The position numbers and the translations under genes are program-made. 26,550 nt of DNA, from positions 1-26,550 of IMG/VR virus record IMGVR_UViG_3300030331_000654; one strand, given 5' to 3'. This DNA is from a virus (taxonomy: Duplodnaviria; Caudoviricetes). The first letter of the stretch is position 1. Every line of letters starts with the position of its first letter. Below, in pieces: positions 1 through 8,383 of the stretch. Under the pieces are notes generated by a model, which saw only the letters and a program-made list of their open reading frames with translations, did not search any database and was not told the DNA's origin.

Positions 1-15
1 GTCATTTAATGATGC
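1..15. repeat. Terminal direct repeat GTCATTTAATGATGC (copy 1); circular overlap
   Basis: Identical to 26536-26550. Confidence 0.95.
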
Positions 16-121
16 AATGACATCAACAGCTGTACAAGCTTACGTCATTCAACAAGACATAGCCGACGCAGACGCACTTGCAGCAACACTAGAAAATCAA
101 GCATCACTTGGTGGTGGTTAA
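2..121 (+). CDS. C-terminal end of the tape measure protein, continuing across the circular junction from 24878
   Basis: Frame SFNDAMTSTAVQAYVIQQDIADADALAATLENQASLGGG* (TAA 119-121) joins the 24878 ORF in frame through the 15-bp overlap. Confidence 0.9.
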   Translation, partial: SFNDAMTSTAVQAYVIQQDIADADALAATLENQASLGGG

Positions 122-123
122 AA

Positions 124-149
124 TAAACAATAAAACAGAATATATTTTT
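124..149 (+). promoter_or_regulatory. Putative late-promoter motif TAAACA-N13-TATTTTT
   Basis: Same motif and spacing at 1197 and 3581, each upstream of a structural gene. Confidence 0.45.
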
Positions 150-155
150 AAAGAT

Positions 156-1193
156 ATGAGAAAGAAAGTAGAACTTCTAATTGATGAAGATGAACCAATC
201 AGCGGCATTGAAGCCGTTAGTTTAGTTCGATTCCCTGCTATTGAAACTGATTTTGTTTATTTATCTAGCAACGCCGACAAGAAGATGTCGTTTGCTATGG
301 ACGAAGAAAAGCAAATGCTTATCGGGCCTGCGTTGATACCAGATAAGTTGATTATGCGCCTAGACGAAAACGACGAAGAATACGACGTCTATTTTTCTAA
401 AGACACAGTACGTCAAGCGATGGAATTGTTTATGCGTGAAGCTAGAACAAACGAAAGCACCCTTGAACACGCGTCAAAGATTGACGGCGTTACTGTTGTC
501 GAATCTTGGCTAGTCGAAGATTCTGACAAAGACAAAAGCGCATTGTACGGTTTTAATTTGCCTGTTGGGACTTGGATGATTGCGTCAAAAGTAAACAACA
601 AAGAAATTTGGGAAAAGGTAAAGAAACGTGAAGTGCGAGGTTACTCAATAGAAGGTTACTTTACTGACAGACTTGTTGAGATGAAACGTGGCAAGCTGTG
701 CAAAAATTGTCCTGAAGACGAGCAAATTATTGAAGAACTTAAAGCTATAATTTTAGAAGAAGTAACACCGTCTGGTGAACTAAACGGACAGCCCTTATTT
801 AAGATGGCACAAGACGCACAACTTTGGGGAGAAATCTTTTTTAATAGAACTGGATTCAACGCAGTTTCAGTAAACGGTGAAACACTTTATATGTCTAAAC
901 AGGCGCACGCAAGTATTGCAATAGATGACAATTACGCAGTTATAAATGACCGATTAGCATATTCAACAAAAGAAATGGCCATCAAAATTGCTAACGACAT
1001 AGGATGCAACGGATTTCACACACACGACTTCGAAGGCAAAGTTTGGTTTATGCCTTGTGAATCACACACACTAAGCACGGAAAAACTAGAATCGTACCCC
1101 TGGGATGAATGTATACGCGATCAAACAAATCGTTATGGGTCAAAAGAAGTAGCAGAAAAGGTATGTGGTATGATCCGTTCAAAATACGGCTGA
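156..1193 (+). CDS. XkdF-like putative phage serine protease (prohead protease) with C-terminal accessory domains
   Basis: AVSLV..PAIE, LIGPALIPDK, TLEH, VVESW, GTWM...KV, RGYSIEG motifs; ATG156 is preferred over TTG108, which overlaps the TMP end; precedes scaffold and capsid genes. Confidence 0.8.
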   Translation: MRKKVELLIDEDEPISGIEAVSLVRFPAIETDFVYLSSNADKKMSFAMDEEKQMLIGPALIPDKLIMRLDENDEEYDVYFSKDTVRQAMELFMREARTNESTLEHASKIDGVTVVESWLVEDSDKDKSALYGFNLPVGTWMIASKVNNKEIWEKVKKREVRGYSIEGYFTDRLVEMKRGKLCKNCPEDEQIIEELKAIILEEVTPSGELNGQPLFKMAQDAQLWGEIFFNRTGFNAVSVNGETLYMSKQAHASIAIDDNYAVINDRLAYSTKEMAIKIANDIGCNGFHTHDFEGKVWFMPCESHTLSTEKLESYPWDECIRDQTNRYGSKEVAEKVCGMIRSKYG

Positions 1194-1196
1194 AAA

Positions 1197-1222
1197 TAAA
1201 CACCATAAAAAGGTTTATATAT
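1197..1222 (+). promoter_or_regulatory. Putative late-promoter motif TAAACA-N13-TATATAT
   Basis: Intergenic, upstream of scaffold and capsid; shared with the copies at 124 and 3581. Confidence 0.5.
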
Positions 1223-1251
1223 ATCAATGATAAATTAATTAATTACGCGTA

Positions 1252-1929
1252 ATGAACACAGTTGAAAAAATCAGAAAGGCACTAGGACTTCCACAAACGA
1301 AGTTATATGCCGAAGCTCGTCTTGACGACGGGCGTGTTGTCGTTACTGAAGCTGAGTCAATGGACGTAGGCGTTGAAGTTCGTATTCTCGACGATAGTGG
1401 AGAAGCATCACTTATTGACGCTGGTACATATACACTTGAGGACGGAACGAAAATTGTTGTAAACGAAGATTCTCGTCTAGCATCTTTAGGAGATGACGAA
1501 GTTGAAGTTGAAGTAGAACTTGAAGAATCTCCAAACGAAAAAGATGACGAAGACGAGATGGGCTACGAGAAGAAAAAAGTCGATATGAATTACGACAAAG
1601 TTCGTGATGCACTCGACCAAGGTTTCCCAGACTTAGGACAAGACACTATCGACGCTATCGCTACTCTTGTAGCAACTATTTACTCTAACGACGAGGAAGT
1701 TGTTGAAGTAGTTGCTGAAGAAGAAGAAGACGACAGAGAAGATATGTCTAAATTCTTAGAAGAAGCTTTTGCAAGTATTAGCGAAAGACTAAACGCTTTA
1801 GAAGATGCGCCAGCATCTAAGGGTGTAACACACTCGCCAAACAACTTTTCGGCTACGCACAAGCCAAAAGATTTAAAACAATTAAATAGTGTAGAACGTG
1901 CGCTACATAACATAATCTCTAACAAATAA
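1252..1929 (+). CDS. Capsid scaffold protein (putative)
   Basis: Very acidic, LDDG/LEDG beta repeats, coiled-coil-like C-terminus; lies between protease and capsid. Confidence 0.65.
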   Translation: MNTVEKIRKALGLPQTKLYAEARLDDGRVVVTEAESMDVGVEVRILDDSGEASLIDAGTYTLEDGTKIVVNEDSRLASLGDDEVEVEVELEESPNEKDDEDEMGYEKKKVDMNYDKVRDALDQGFPDLGQDTIDAIATLVATIYSNDEEVVEVVAEEEEDDREDMSKFLEEAFASISERLNALEDAPASKGVTHSPNNFSATHKPKDLKQLNSVERALHNIISNK

Positions 1930-1933
1930 TCTT

Positions 1934-2896
1934 ATGAGTAATTTAAAGAAATACGATTTCGATATTACTGTTGCAGCAAACACTTATGCTGGTGAGTTAG
2001 CTTTACCTTATGTAACGGCGGCTCTACTTGGCGCAGAAACTATTGCAAAAGGTCGTTGTCGTTTAATTGAAGGCGTACAATTTAAGGCCGTAATTAATTC
2101 GCTTAGAACATCTGACACAATTCAAGCGGCTAACTGTTCGTTTAACGATGGAGCAGACTTAACACTAGACGAACAAGTTGTTGAACTTAGCGATCTAGCA
2201 GTTATGGAAGTAATTTGTCGCGAAAAGATTTTCCCAACTTGGGTAGCAGCTCAAGGACGTATGCAAAGAAACGGCGACATACCTGTTGCGTTTACTGACT
2301 TCTTAATGGCTGCTGTTGCAGAAAGAACTGGAACACACCTAGAAACTTTGATGTGGAGTGGAGCTTCACCTTTTGGAACAGGTTTCCTATCTAACGACGG
2401 AGTAATTGACGAAGCTGGTATTGACGCATCAGCAATGGCAGACTTCATTGAAGCTGACCTAGGTACAGCGTTTACAGCAGCAACTATCCTTGGTCATATG
2501 AGTACAGTATTTGATGCAGCACAAGCTGCGCCAGGTATTCTTCAAAAGCCAGGATGTGGATTCTATATGTCATACGAAGCTTACGCTTTCTTCTTGCAAG
2601 CGATCGCAGCTCAAAGCACAAACCAAGGTTACAACCAAGACTTAGGCGGAGCGACATACTTAGGCTATCCTGTTTACCCAACATCTGGTATACCAAACAC
2701 AACTGACGTGATGGTATTTACATACCCTGACAATATTGTTGTTGGTACAAACAACTACACGCCAGATACACAAGCTGCTCTAATTCCAGCTTACGCTTAC
2801 GACGGATCAGACAACGTAAAAGTTGCATTGCGTTTCGGAGTTGGTGTAAACGTAGCTGTTAAGAATGACGGTGTTGTTGGATTTAACTTCTCTTAA
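1934..2896 (+). CDS. Major capsid protein
   Basis: 320 aa, position after scaffold, highly expressed codon style, HK97-like C-terminal pattern (YLGYPVY...NIVVG...DGSDNVKVALRFGVGVN). Confidence 0.8.
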   Translation: MSNLKKYDFDITVAANTYAGELALPYVTAALLGAETIAKGRCRLIEGVQFKAVINSLRTSDTIQAANCSFNDGADLTLDEQVVELSDLAVMEVICREKIFPTWVAAQGRMQRNGDIPVAFTDFLMAAVAERTGTHLETLMWSGASPFGTGFLSNDGVIDEAGIDASAMADFIEADLGTAFTAATILGHMSTVFDAAQAAPGILQKPGCGFYMSYEAYAFFLQAIAAQSTNQGYNQDLGGATYLGYPVYPTSGIPNTTDVMVFTYPDNIVVGTNNYTPDTQAALIPAYAYDGSDNVKVALRFGVGVNVAVKNDGVVGFNFS

Positions 2897-2914
2897 TCAC
2901 TAAAATAGAATAAT

Positions 2915-3523
2915 ATGCCTTGTTTAATATCAGCCGCAAGAGGTATCGATTGTAGAGATGCAATCGGTGGTTTAAAGGCAATTTATTTTTGTAGTAACTA
3001 CTGCTCTAACATACTTGCTTCGGCAACGGTGACGGCAGATTCTTATATTATCACAGACGCAGACTTTCAAGACTGGGATATATTCGGTTCGCCAACTGGT
3101 TCAAAGGTGCAAGTATACAAATATGATTTAGTAACTGACTTGTCAAACTTAACTGTTGCAATTGAAGCTGATAAGGCGACAGGTTCAGTTATGTACAATC
3201 AAACTTTAAACGTAGTGCTACACAAAGTTGTTGCCGCAGACCTATTTCAATTAGGACTAATCGCAAAAAATCGTGCGCAAATCTTTGTACAAGATTCTAA
3301 CGATAATGTTTTCTTAATGGGAATAGTGGACGGGTGCTACCTTACTGGTGGTGATACAATAGCGACAGGAACAAACCGTTCAGATATGAATGGCTTAACG
3401 CTTAACTTTACTGCTAAAGAGCAAGATCCGTTATACATACTACCAGCTCCAACGGTAGGTGGCACAAACTTCCCATTCGATGGGTTAGCAGATGCCGCAG
3501 ACATAGCAATCACATCAGCGTAA
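2915..3523 (+). CDS. Major structural protein, probably tail tube
   Basis: MPC...C.DAIGGLKAIYF N-terminus and TG....DMNG.TL.F.A.E motif; co-transcribed with capsid up to a terminator. Confidence 0.55.
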   Translation: MPCLISAARGIDCRDAIGGLKAIYFCSNYCSNILASATVTADSYIITDADFQDWDIFGSPTGSKVQVYKYDLVTDLSNLTVAIEADKATGSVMYNQTLNVVLHKVVAADLFQLGLIAKNRAQIFVQDSNDNVFLMGIVDGCYLTGGDTIATGTNRSDMNGLTLNFTAKEQDPLYILPAPTVGGTNFPFDGLADAADIAITSA

Positions 3524-3544
3524 GTTGGTTTGATTAACGATAAG

Positions 3545-3581
3545 AAGGGGTGTGGCAATGCGCCGCATCCCTTTTTATTTT
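3545..3581 (+). terminator. Rho-independent terminator
   Basis: GGGGTGTGGC-AATGC-GCCGCATCCC stem (two G-U pairs) followed by TTTTTATTTT. Confidence 0.85.
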
Positions 3582-3606
3582 AAACAAATACACGTTTCTT
3601 ATATAT
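3581..3606 (+). promoter_or_regulatory. Putative late-promoter motif TAAACA-N13-TATATAT
   Basis: Immediately after the terminator and before the portal operon; same spacing as the other two copies. Confidence 0.5.
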
Positions 3607-3613
3607 TCCATAG

Positions 3614-4087
3614 ATGCAACAAATTAGGAACGCAAATAACGCAACAGGTACGGACGTAACAAATCATTTTTACGTTACAGCAAACCAAGTTCAAAGTATT
3701 GCACAATCTAGTGTTAAATATTTAGTAGAGCTTACTTCGTTAAGTTCTAAAAATTCTTTGTATTTTATACCTTTGACAGTAAATACCGACAATGTACCAA
3801 GGTTTGTACGACTTACTTTTGGAGTAATGGACAAAGACACAACAGCAGATCCAACTAACGGCATAATAAAATTCTACGACGACACTGGAAAGCTAGACAC
3901 ATATCCTATGGGTTTTTATACCTACAATATTTACGAGCAAACAAGTACCACAAACTTAGATCCTGCTAACGCAACTTTGATAGAAGAAGGTATGGCCTAT
4001 GTTAGAGACTTTTCTGGCAATATGGAAGAAGTAACTCCTGACTTTAACGAATATAACCCTACGGTTAATCAATACGTTTACCCATAA
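3614..4087 (+). CDS. Hypothetical virion protein (possibly head closure)
   Basis: 157-aa ORF coupled to portal by a TAATG overlap; YTYNIYEQTSTTNLDP motif. Confidence 0.6.
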   Translation: MQQIRNANNATGTDVTNHFYVTANQVQSIAQSSVKYLVELTSLSSKNSLYFIPLTVNTDNVPRFVRLTFGVMDKDTTADPTNGIIKFYDDTGKLDTYPMGFYTYNIYEQTSTTNLDPANATLIEEGMAYVRDFSGNMEEVTPDFNEYNPTVNQYVYP

Positions 4088-6528
4088 TGAACAAACACGA
4101 TTTTAGCGTTATAAATTATACTGACCAAGAGATACCAGTATTTCAAGAAAAGCAAGGTCAAAATTATGTTTCGTATGGTTTTGACGACCTTTACGGTGAC
4201 TACTTGCGAGATTTATTTTTAGCAAGTTCAACTAACGGTGCGATCATAAACGGTGTTGCTGATATGATTTACGGTGGTGGTTTAGATGCTACAGATAGAG
4301 ACGACAGCGATTCTAAACGTGAACAATGGCTTCGTCTACAAGATTTACTTCGCAAGAGTTCTGACGGTCTTTTGCAACGAGTAGCATTTGATTTAAAGCT
4401 ATATGGTATGGCTTATGTTAATGTTATTTGGAACGCATCAAGAACAAGAATAGGATGTATAAAACATTTACCTGTCCACACAATGCGAAGTGGGATTGCT
4501 GACGAAGAAGGAAACGTGAACGAATACTATTATAAGTCAGACTGGAAAGAAAAAAGACTAAAAGAAAAAACAATTAAAGCGTTTTCTTTAGAAGACAGAA
4601 CTGTTGCATCTACTTGTTTACAGATTAAAAGGTATACGCCTTCGCTACATTACTACTCTGTGCCTGACTATGCTGGTGGTACTAATTATTGTGAACTTGA
4701 TCAACGCATCAGCGACTTTCATCTTTCGAACATACGTCGAGGGTTTTTCCCTTCGATGCTTTTATCGTTTAAGAATGGCGTACCAACACAAGAAGAACGC
4801 CGTGTTATAGAACAAAAAGTCATACAAAAGTTTACTGGCGACGATAATGCAGGACGTATTTTAATTACGTTTAACGACGGCGACGAGACAGCTCCAAGTT
4901 TTACACCTATACAACAAAACGGTGCTGACGGAATGTATGAGTATCTTTCGAAGCTAGTTAGCGAGAAGATACTAACGGCGCATCGCGTGGTTAGTCCTTT
5001 GATGTTTGGAATACGATCAGAAGGTGGTGGCTTTGGAAATAACGCAGACGAATTAAGGGATTCATATTCTTTGTTTAACAATACTGTAATTGCTCCATTT
5101 CAAGACATAATTTTAAAGACGTTCGGTATGTTGTTTGGCATAAATGACATTGAGCTAGATCTATTCTTTATAACAGCTAAACCTGCTGACTTCTTAGACT
5201 TAGATGTCATAGAAACGCTAGACGAAGGTGAGCAACAAAAAGAAGGCGTTACGACTAAAGATGAAGTTATTGTTGACGAACAAGTCGATGAAGTACAAGT
5301 AGACGATGTTGAAGAAGTAGGTGATATAATGCCAGACATAACTATCGACAAAGAAGCTTCATATAATGGTGCGCAAATTTCATCGGCACTTGATATTATT
5401 GTAAAAGTTGGAGAAGGATTACTAACACCAGAGCAAGCAATTGTTTTCTTAGTGCAAATGCTACAATTTGACCCTGCTGTTGCTAAAGCTCTATTCACTG
5501 AAGGCAAAGATGCAACAGTTGAAATAGAAAAATTTAGAAGCAAAAAAACTAAAAAAAAAAGAAACGTCTTTGACGAATCAATTACTGACTATCCACAATC
5601 AGTAAAAAACAATGCTAAGAAAGTTTTAGACTTTGTAGATAAGAACGGATGGGGTACTTGTGGCACAGCCGTTGGTAAGCAACGTGCGAACCAATTAGCT
5701 AACGGAGAACCAATAAGTATTGAAACCGTACAACGTATGGCTAATTACTTAACACGTCACGCTAAAGATCTAGAAAGTAGTAAGTCGTACAACGACGGAT
5801 GTGGTAAGCTTATGTATGACGCTTGGGGTGGTAAAGCTGGCCTTAGATGGGCTAAGTCAAGACTAAAGCAACTAGACCTAAGCAAAGAAGAAATGAGCGA
5901 TTGTGTTCGCTTATCTGCTGCCGAAAGTTTAATTGAGCAAGCTGAAGATGAATCAACATTGCTTAAAGAATTTAGTTTAGTAGATGCAAGCAAAGTAAAC
6001 TACGATCACGAAGAACATCTTAACAAGATGTGGAATTTTGCAAAGCCAAGGGTTATACCAGGCAGCTCACAAGAACGAGGCAGTCGTGGAGTATCTGAAC
6101 AAGACAACGAATTAATTAGAGTACGTTACGCTTATATGCCTAAGAAAACAGGTATAAATGGAAACCCGTCAAGAGACTTTTGCAAGCTTATGATTGCAGC
6201 AGGCAACAAAGTATGGACAAAAGAACAAATTGAATTAGCATCAGACCGAGCAACTAACCCTGGCTGGGGGCCTGCTGGCTCTGACTTTTATAACATTTGG
6301 TTTTATAAAGGTGGTGGGTCTTGTCAGCACTTTTGGGAACGTAGGACGTACTTAAAGAAAGACAACAAACGAATTAGCGTAAATGAAGCACGACGTCTTA
6401 TACAAAAGGAACAAGCTAGTCTATTGAAAAAAAATGACATAAGAGTTGCAAAACGACCAAGAGATATGGAAAACAGAGGTTTTATAGACCCACAAATTGC
6501 AGCTAAAATTAAAACACCTAGAAACTAA
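4087..6528 (+). CDS. Portal protein with long multidomain C-terminal extension
   Basis: First ~370 aa portal-like (DLKLYG.AY..V.WN, YY..PDY, F.G.DNAG, ILTAHRVVSP..FGI, VIAPFQ..I); then acidic linker and three further domains. Confidence 0.85.
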   Translation: MNKHDFSVINYTDQEIPVFQEKQGQNYVSYGFDDLYGDYLRDLFLASSTNGAIINGVADMIYGGGLDATDRDDSDSKREQWLRLQDLLRKSSDGLLQRVAFDLKLYGMAYVNVIWNASRTRIGCIKHLPVHTMRSGIADEEGNVNEYYYKSDWKEKRLKEKTIKAFSLEDRTVASTCLQIKRYTPSLHYYSVPDYAGGTNYCELDQRISDFHLSNIRRGFFPSMLLSFKNGVPTQEERRVIEQKVIQKFTGDDNAGRILITFNDGDETAPSFTPIQQNGADGMYEYLSKLVSEKILTAHRVVSPLMFGIRSEGGGFGNNADELRDSYSLFNNTVIAPFQDIILKTFGMLFGINDIELDLFFITAKPADFLDLDVIETLDEGEQQKEGVTTKDEVIVDEQVDEVQVDDVEEVGDIMPDITIDKEASYNGAQISSALDIIVKVGEGLLTPEQAIVFLVQMLQFDPAVAKALFTEGKDATVEIEKFRSKKTKKKRNVFDESITDYPQSVKNNAKKVLDFVDKNGWGTCGTAVGKQRANQLANGEPISIETVQRMANYLTRHAKDLESSKSYNDGCGKLMYDAWGGKAGLRWAKSRLKQLDLSKEEMSDCVRLSAAESLIEQAEDESTLLKEFSLVDASKVNYDHEEHLNKMWNFAKPRVIPGSSQERGSRGVSEQDNELIRVRYAYMPKKTGINGNPSRDFCKLMIAAGNKVWTKEQIELASDRATNPGWGPAGSDFYNIWFYKGGGSCQHFWERRTYLKKDNKRISVNEARRLIQKEQASLLKKNDIRVAKRPRDMENRGFIDPQIAAKIKTPRN

Positions 6529-7100
6529 TGGCACAATCACAAGCACTATTTGTATCAGCAAACAGACTGAAACGAGACACAGCAATCGGAGGGTCAGTTG
6601 ACGACGATCTTATCCGTCCTTACGTTTATATGGCACAACAACGCTGGATTCTACCTGTGTTAGGAACTGACTTATATGACAAGCTTTGCAGCGATATTGA
6701 CACAGGTTCAGTGTCAGGTGTTTACGAAACATTGCTTGATCAGTATGTTATACCTGCAACTGTGCAATATGCCTTTTCACAATTAATACCTTATTTAAGA
6801 GTACGCTTTGTAAACAACGCCGTTGTAATTATGAATAGTGAACAAAGTTCTGCTGCAACATACGACGACCTAAGACCACTAATTGACCAAGCAAACGATA
6901 TGGGCAACTTCCATAGACAACGCTTAATCGATTACTTGTGCGACAATTCTTCTAGCTATCCTGAATATACGTCAAATACTGGTTCGGATTTATGTCCAAC
7001 AAAAAACAACTACACACAAGGGTTAAATGTAGATGACGTGTATACAGACTTAAAAACACAAGCGTTTATAACTGCGATTGGTAAATGTGACATATGTTGA
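6528..7100 (+). CDS. Putative head-tail adaptor
   Basis: Helical 190-aa protein directly after portal (TAATG overlap); AQ...I.PVLGTDLY motif. Confidence 0.55.
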   Translation: MAQSQALFVSANRLKRDTAIGGSVDDDLIRPYVYMAQQRWILPVLGTDLYDKLCSDIDTGSVSGVYETLLDQYVIPATVQYAFSQLIPYLRVRFVNNAVVIMNSEQSSAATYDDLRPLIDQANDMGNFHRQRLIDYLCDNSSSYPEYTSNTGSDLCPTKNNYTQGLNVDDVYTDLKTQAFITAIGKCDIC

Positions 7101-7219
7101 ACAAAAAACGTGGCAAGTATAAGCCAAGTAAAAAAAACGAACAAAAACTAAAAAAATATATCAATGGCAAATCAGAAAGTCAGCGACCTAACAGCACTAG
7201 GCGCAACACCAGCCAATGA
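7094..7219 (+). CDS. Small lysine-rich protein (41 aa, MLNKKRGKYKPSKKNEQKLKKYING...)
   Basis: ORF below the track cutoff; overlaps the adaptor stop and fills the gap up to 7164. Confidence 0.4.
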   Translation: MLNKKRGKYKPSKKNEQKLKKYINGKSESQRPNSTRRNTSQ

Positions 7220-7715
7220 CGACGTTCTATATATTGTAGACACTTCTGCTAGTGCCAGTAAAAAGGTTACATACGCTAACCTTGTTGCTGGTGCTGGAGG
7301 TACTGTTGTTTCAACAAAGGTGTCAATTAACAATGCTGCTGTATTAGCAATGAAATTTGATAATACTCCAGTCACTTTAAAAGCTGCCGAGTCTGGAAAA
7401 ATTATTGTACCTGTTGCAGCCATAGTTGTAGCAACTTACGCAACGACAACAGAAAGTTCGTCAGACGATTTACGTCTAGGATGGTCGGCAGCAGATTCAA
7501 CAACAACACAAAATTGGGGTGCATCAAGAGATTTTATGAATGGCGTATCTAGTGGCACTATAACACAATATTTTGGTGGTCAGATTGGTGGTGGATCTTT
7601 TAACAATATGACTTTCAGCATAACAAACAAACCCTTCCAAATTTGGTGTTCAGATGTGTTTAATGGTGGGTGGTCGATGGACGTTTATTTTTCTTATTAT
7701 ATGGTAGACGCATAA
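7164..7715 (+). CDS. Fibre/spike-like structural protein
   Basis: N-terminal MANQKVSDLTAL...DDVLYIVD......KKVT..NL module typical of fibre proteins; beta-rich C-terminus. Confidence 0.55.
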   Translation: MANQKVSDLTALGATPANDDVLYIVDTSASASKKVTYANLVAGAGGTVVSTKVSINNAAVLAMKFDNTPVTLKAAESGKIIVPVAAIVVATYATTTESSSDDLRLGWSAADSTTTQNWGASRDFMNGVSSGTITQYFGGQIGGGSFNNMTFSITNKPFQIWCSDVFNGGWSMDVYFSYYMVDA

Positions 7716-7918
7716 TGGACATAACACAATACGAAATGCTTGTACTAGCAACAGGTTTGCTTGGTACTGTTTTTAAGTTTCAAAGAGATTACACTATTCT
7801 GACAGCTAGAGTAGTTGCCCTAGAAAAGCACGAAAGCGAAGTTAAAGATTTGCTTAGAAATCTGTGCGAGGGTATGCAAGAAATAAAGTTGTTGTTAGCT
7901 GAAAAAGGTATTAAATGA
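7715..7918 (+). CDS. Small membrane-anchored coiled-coil protein (lysis-associated)
   Basis: Start re-called at ATG7715 (TAATG overlap); hydrophobic N-terminus then heptad pattern; ATGA overlap with the amidase. Confidence 0.6.
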   Translation: MDITQYEMLVLATGLLGTVFKFQRDYTILTARVVALEKHESEVKDLLRNLCEGMQEIKLLLAEKGIK

Positions 7919-8382
7919 GAGAAATTAAATCTGTTGTATTACATTGTACAGCTACGCCGTTAGACAGAAAACTAACTGTTAAAGAGATCAGAAAGTGGCA
8001 CGTCAAAGGCAACGGCTGGTCAGACATTGGATATCACTTCGTAATTCATCAAGACGGAACTATTGAACGTGGTCGTCATATTGGAAAAGTTGGCGCACAT
8101 ACTTGGGGCAACAATCACGGCAGTATTGGTGTTGCATATTGTGGTGGTGTAGAAAAAAAGGTCTTGAAGTCAATGGACAAAGAAAAGCCAAAGTCAAAAA
8201 CTACATTGGTATCTAAAGACACAATGACTGACGAGCAAGAAGCATCGTTTAGAAATTTGTTTAAGATGCTCGAAATTATGTTCGGCGAGCTAAAGTTAAG
8301 AGGACACAACGATTACACTTCGTCAAAAGATTGCCCTGGATTTAAAGTCAGGGAAAAGTTTGGCGACATAATGGAATTATAA
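7915..8382 (+). CDS. Endolysin, N-acetylmuramoyl-L-alanine amidase (Amidase_2/T7 lysozyme-like)
   Basis: LHCTAT, WSDIGYHFVI..DG.IE.GR, GAH, GHND, KDCPGF zinc-ligand motifs. Confidence 0.92.
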   Translation: MREIKSVVLHCTATPLDRKLTVKEIRKWHVKGNGWSDIGYHFVIHQDGTIERGRHIGKVGAHTWGNNHGSIGVAYCGGVEKKVLKSMDKEKPKSKTTLVSKDTMTDEQEASFRNLFKMLEIMFGELKLRGHNDYTSSKDCPGFKVREKFGDIMEL

Positions 8383-8383
8383 A

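Noticed and set aside
1-15. 15-bp repeat as a biological terminal repeat or att core
   Set aside because: It falls in the middle of an in-frame ORF and there is no integrase; it is better explained as an assembly or circularisation overlap.
108-155. TTG108 start for the protease
   Set aside because: Overlaps the TMP stop and the candidate promoter; ATG156 has a typical A-rich context.
413-5993. Minus-strand ORFs in the head region (413-601, 656-859, 1412-1612, 1680-1925, 2251-2448, 2484-2702, 3337-3558, 4719-5081, 5100-5543, 5757-5993) and + strand 4604-4810
   Set aside because: Shadows of strong + strand genes; Ser-rich antisense composition and no motifs.
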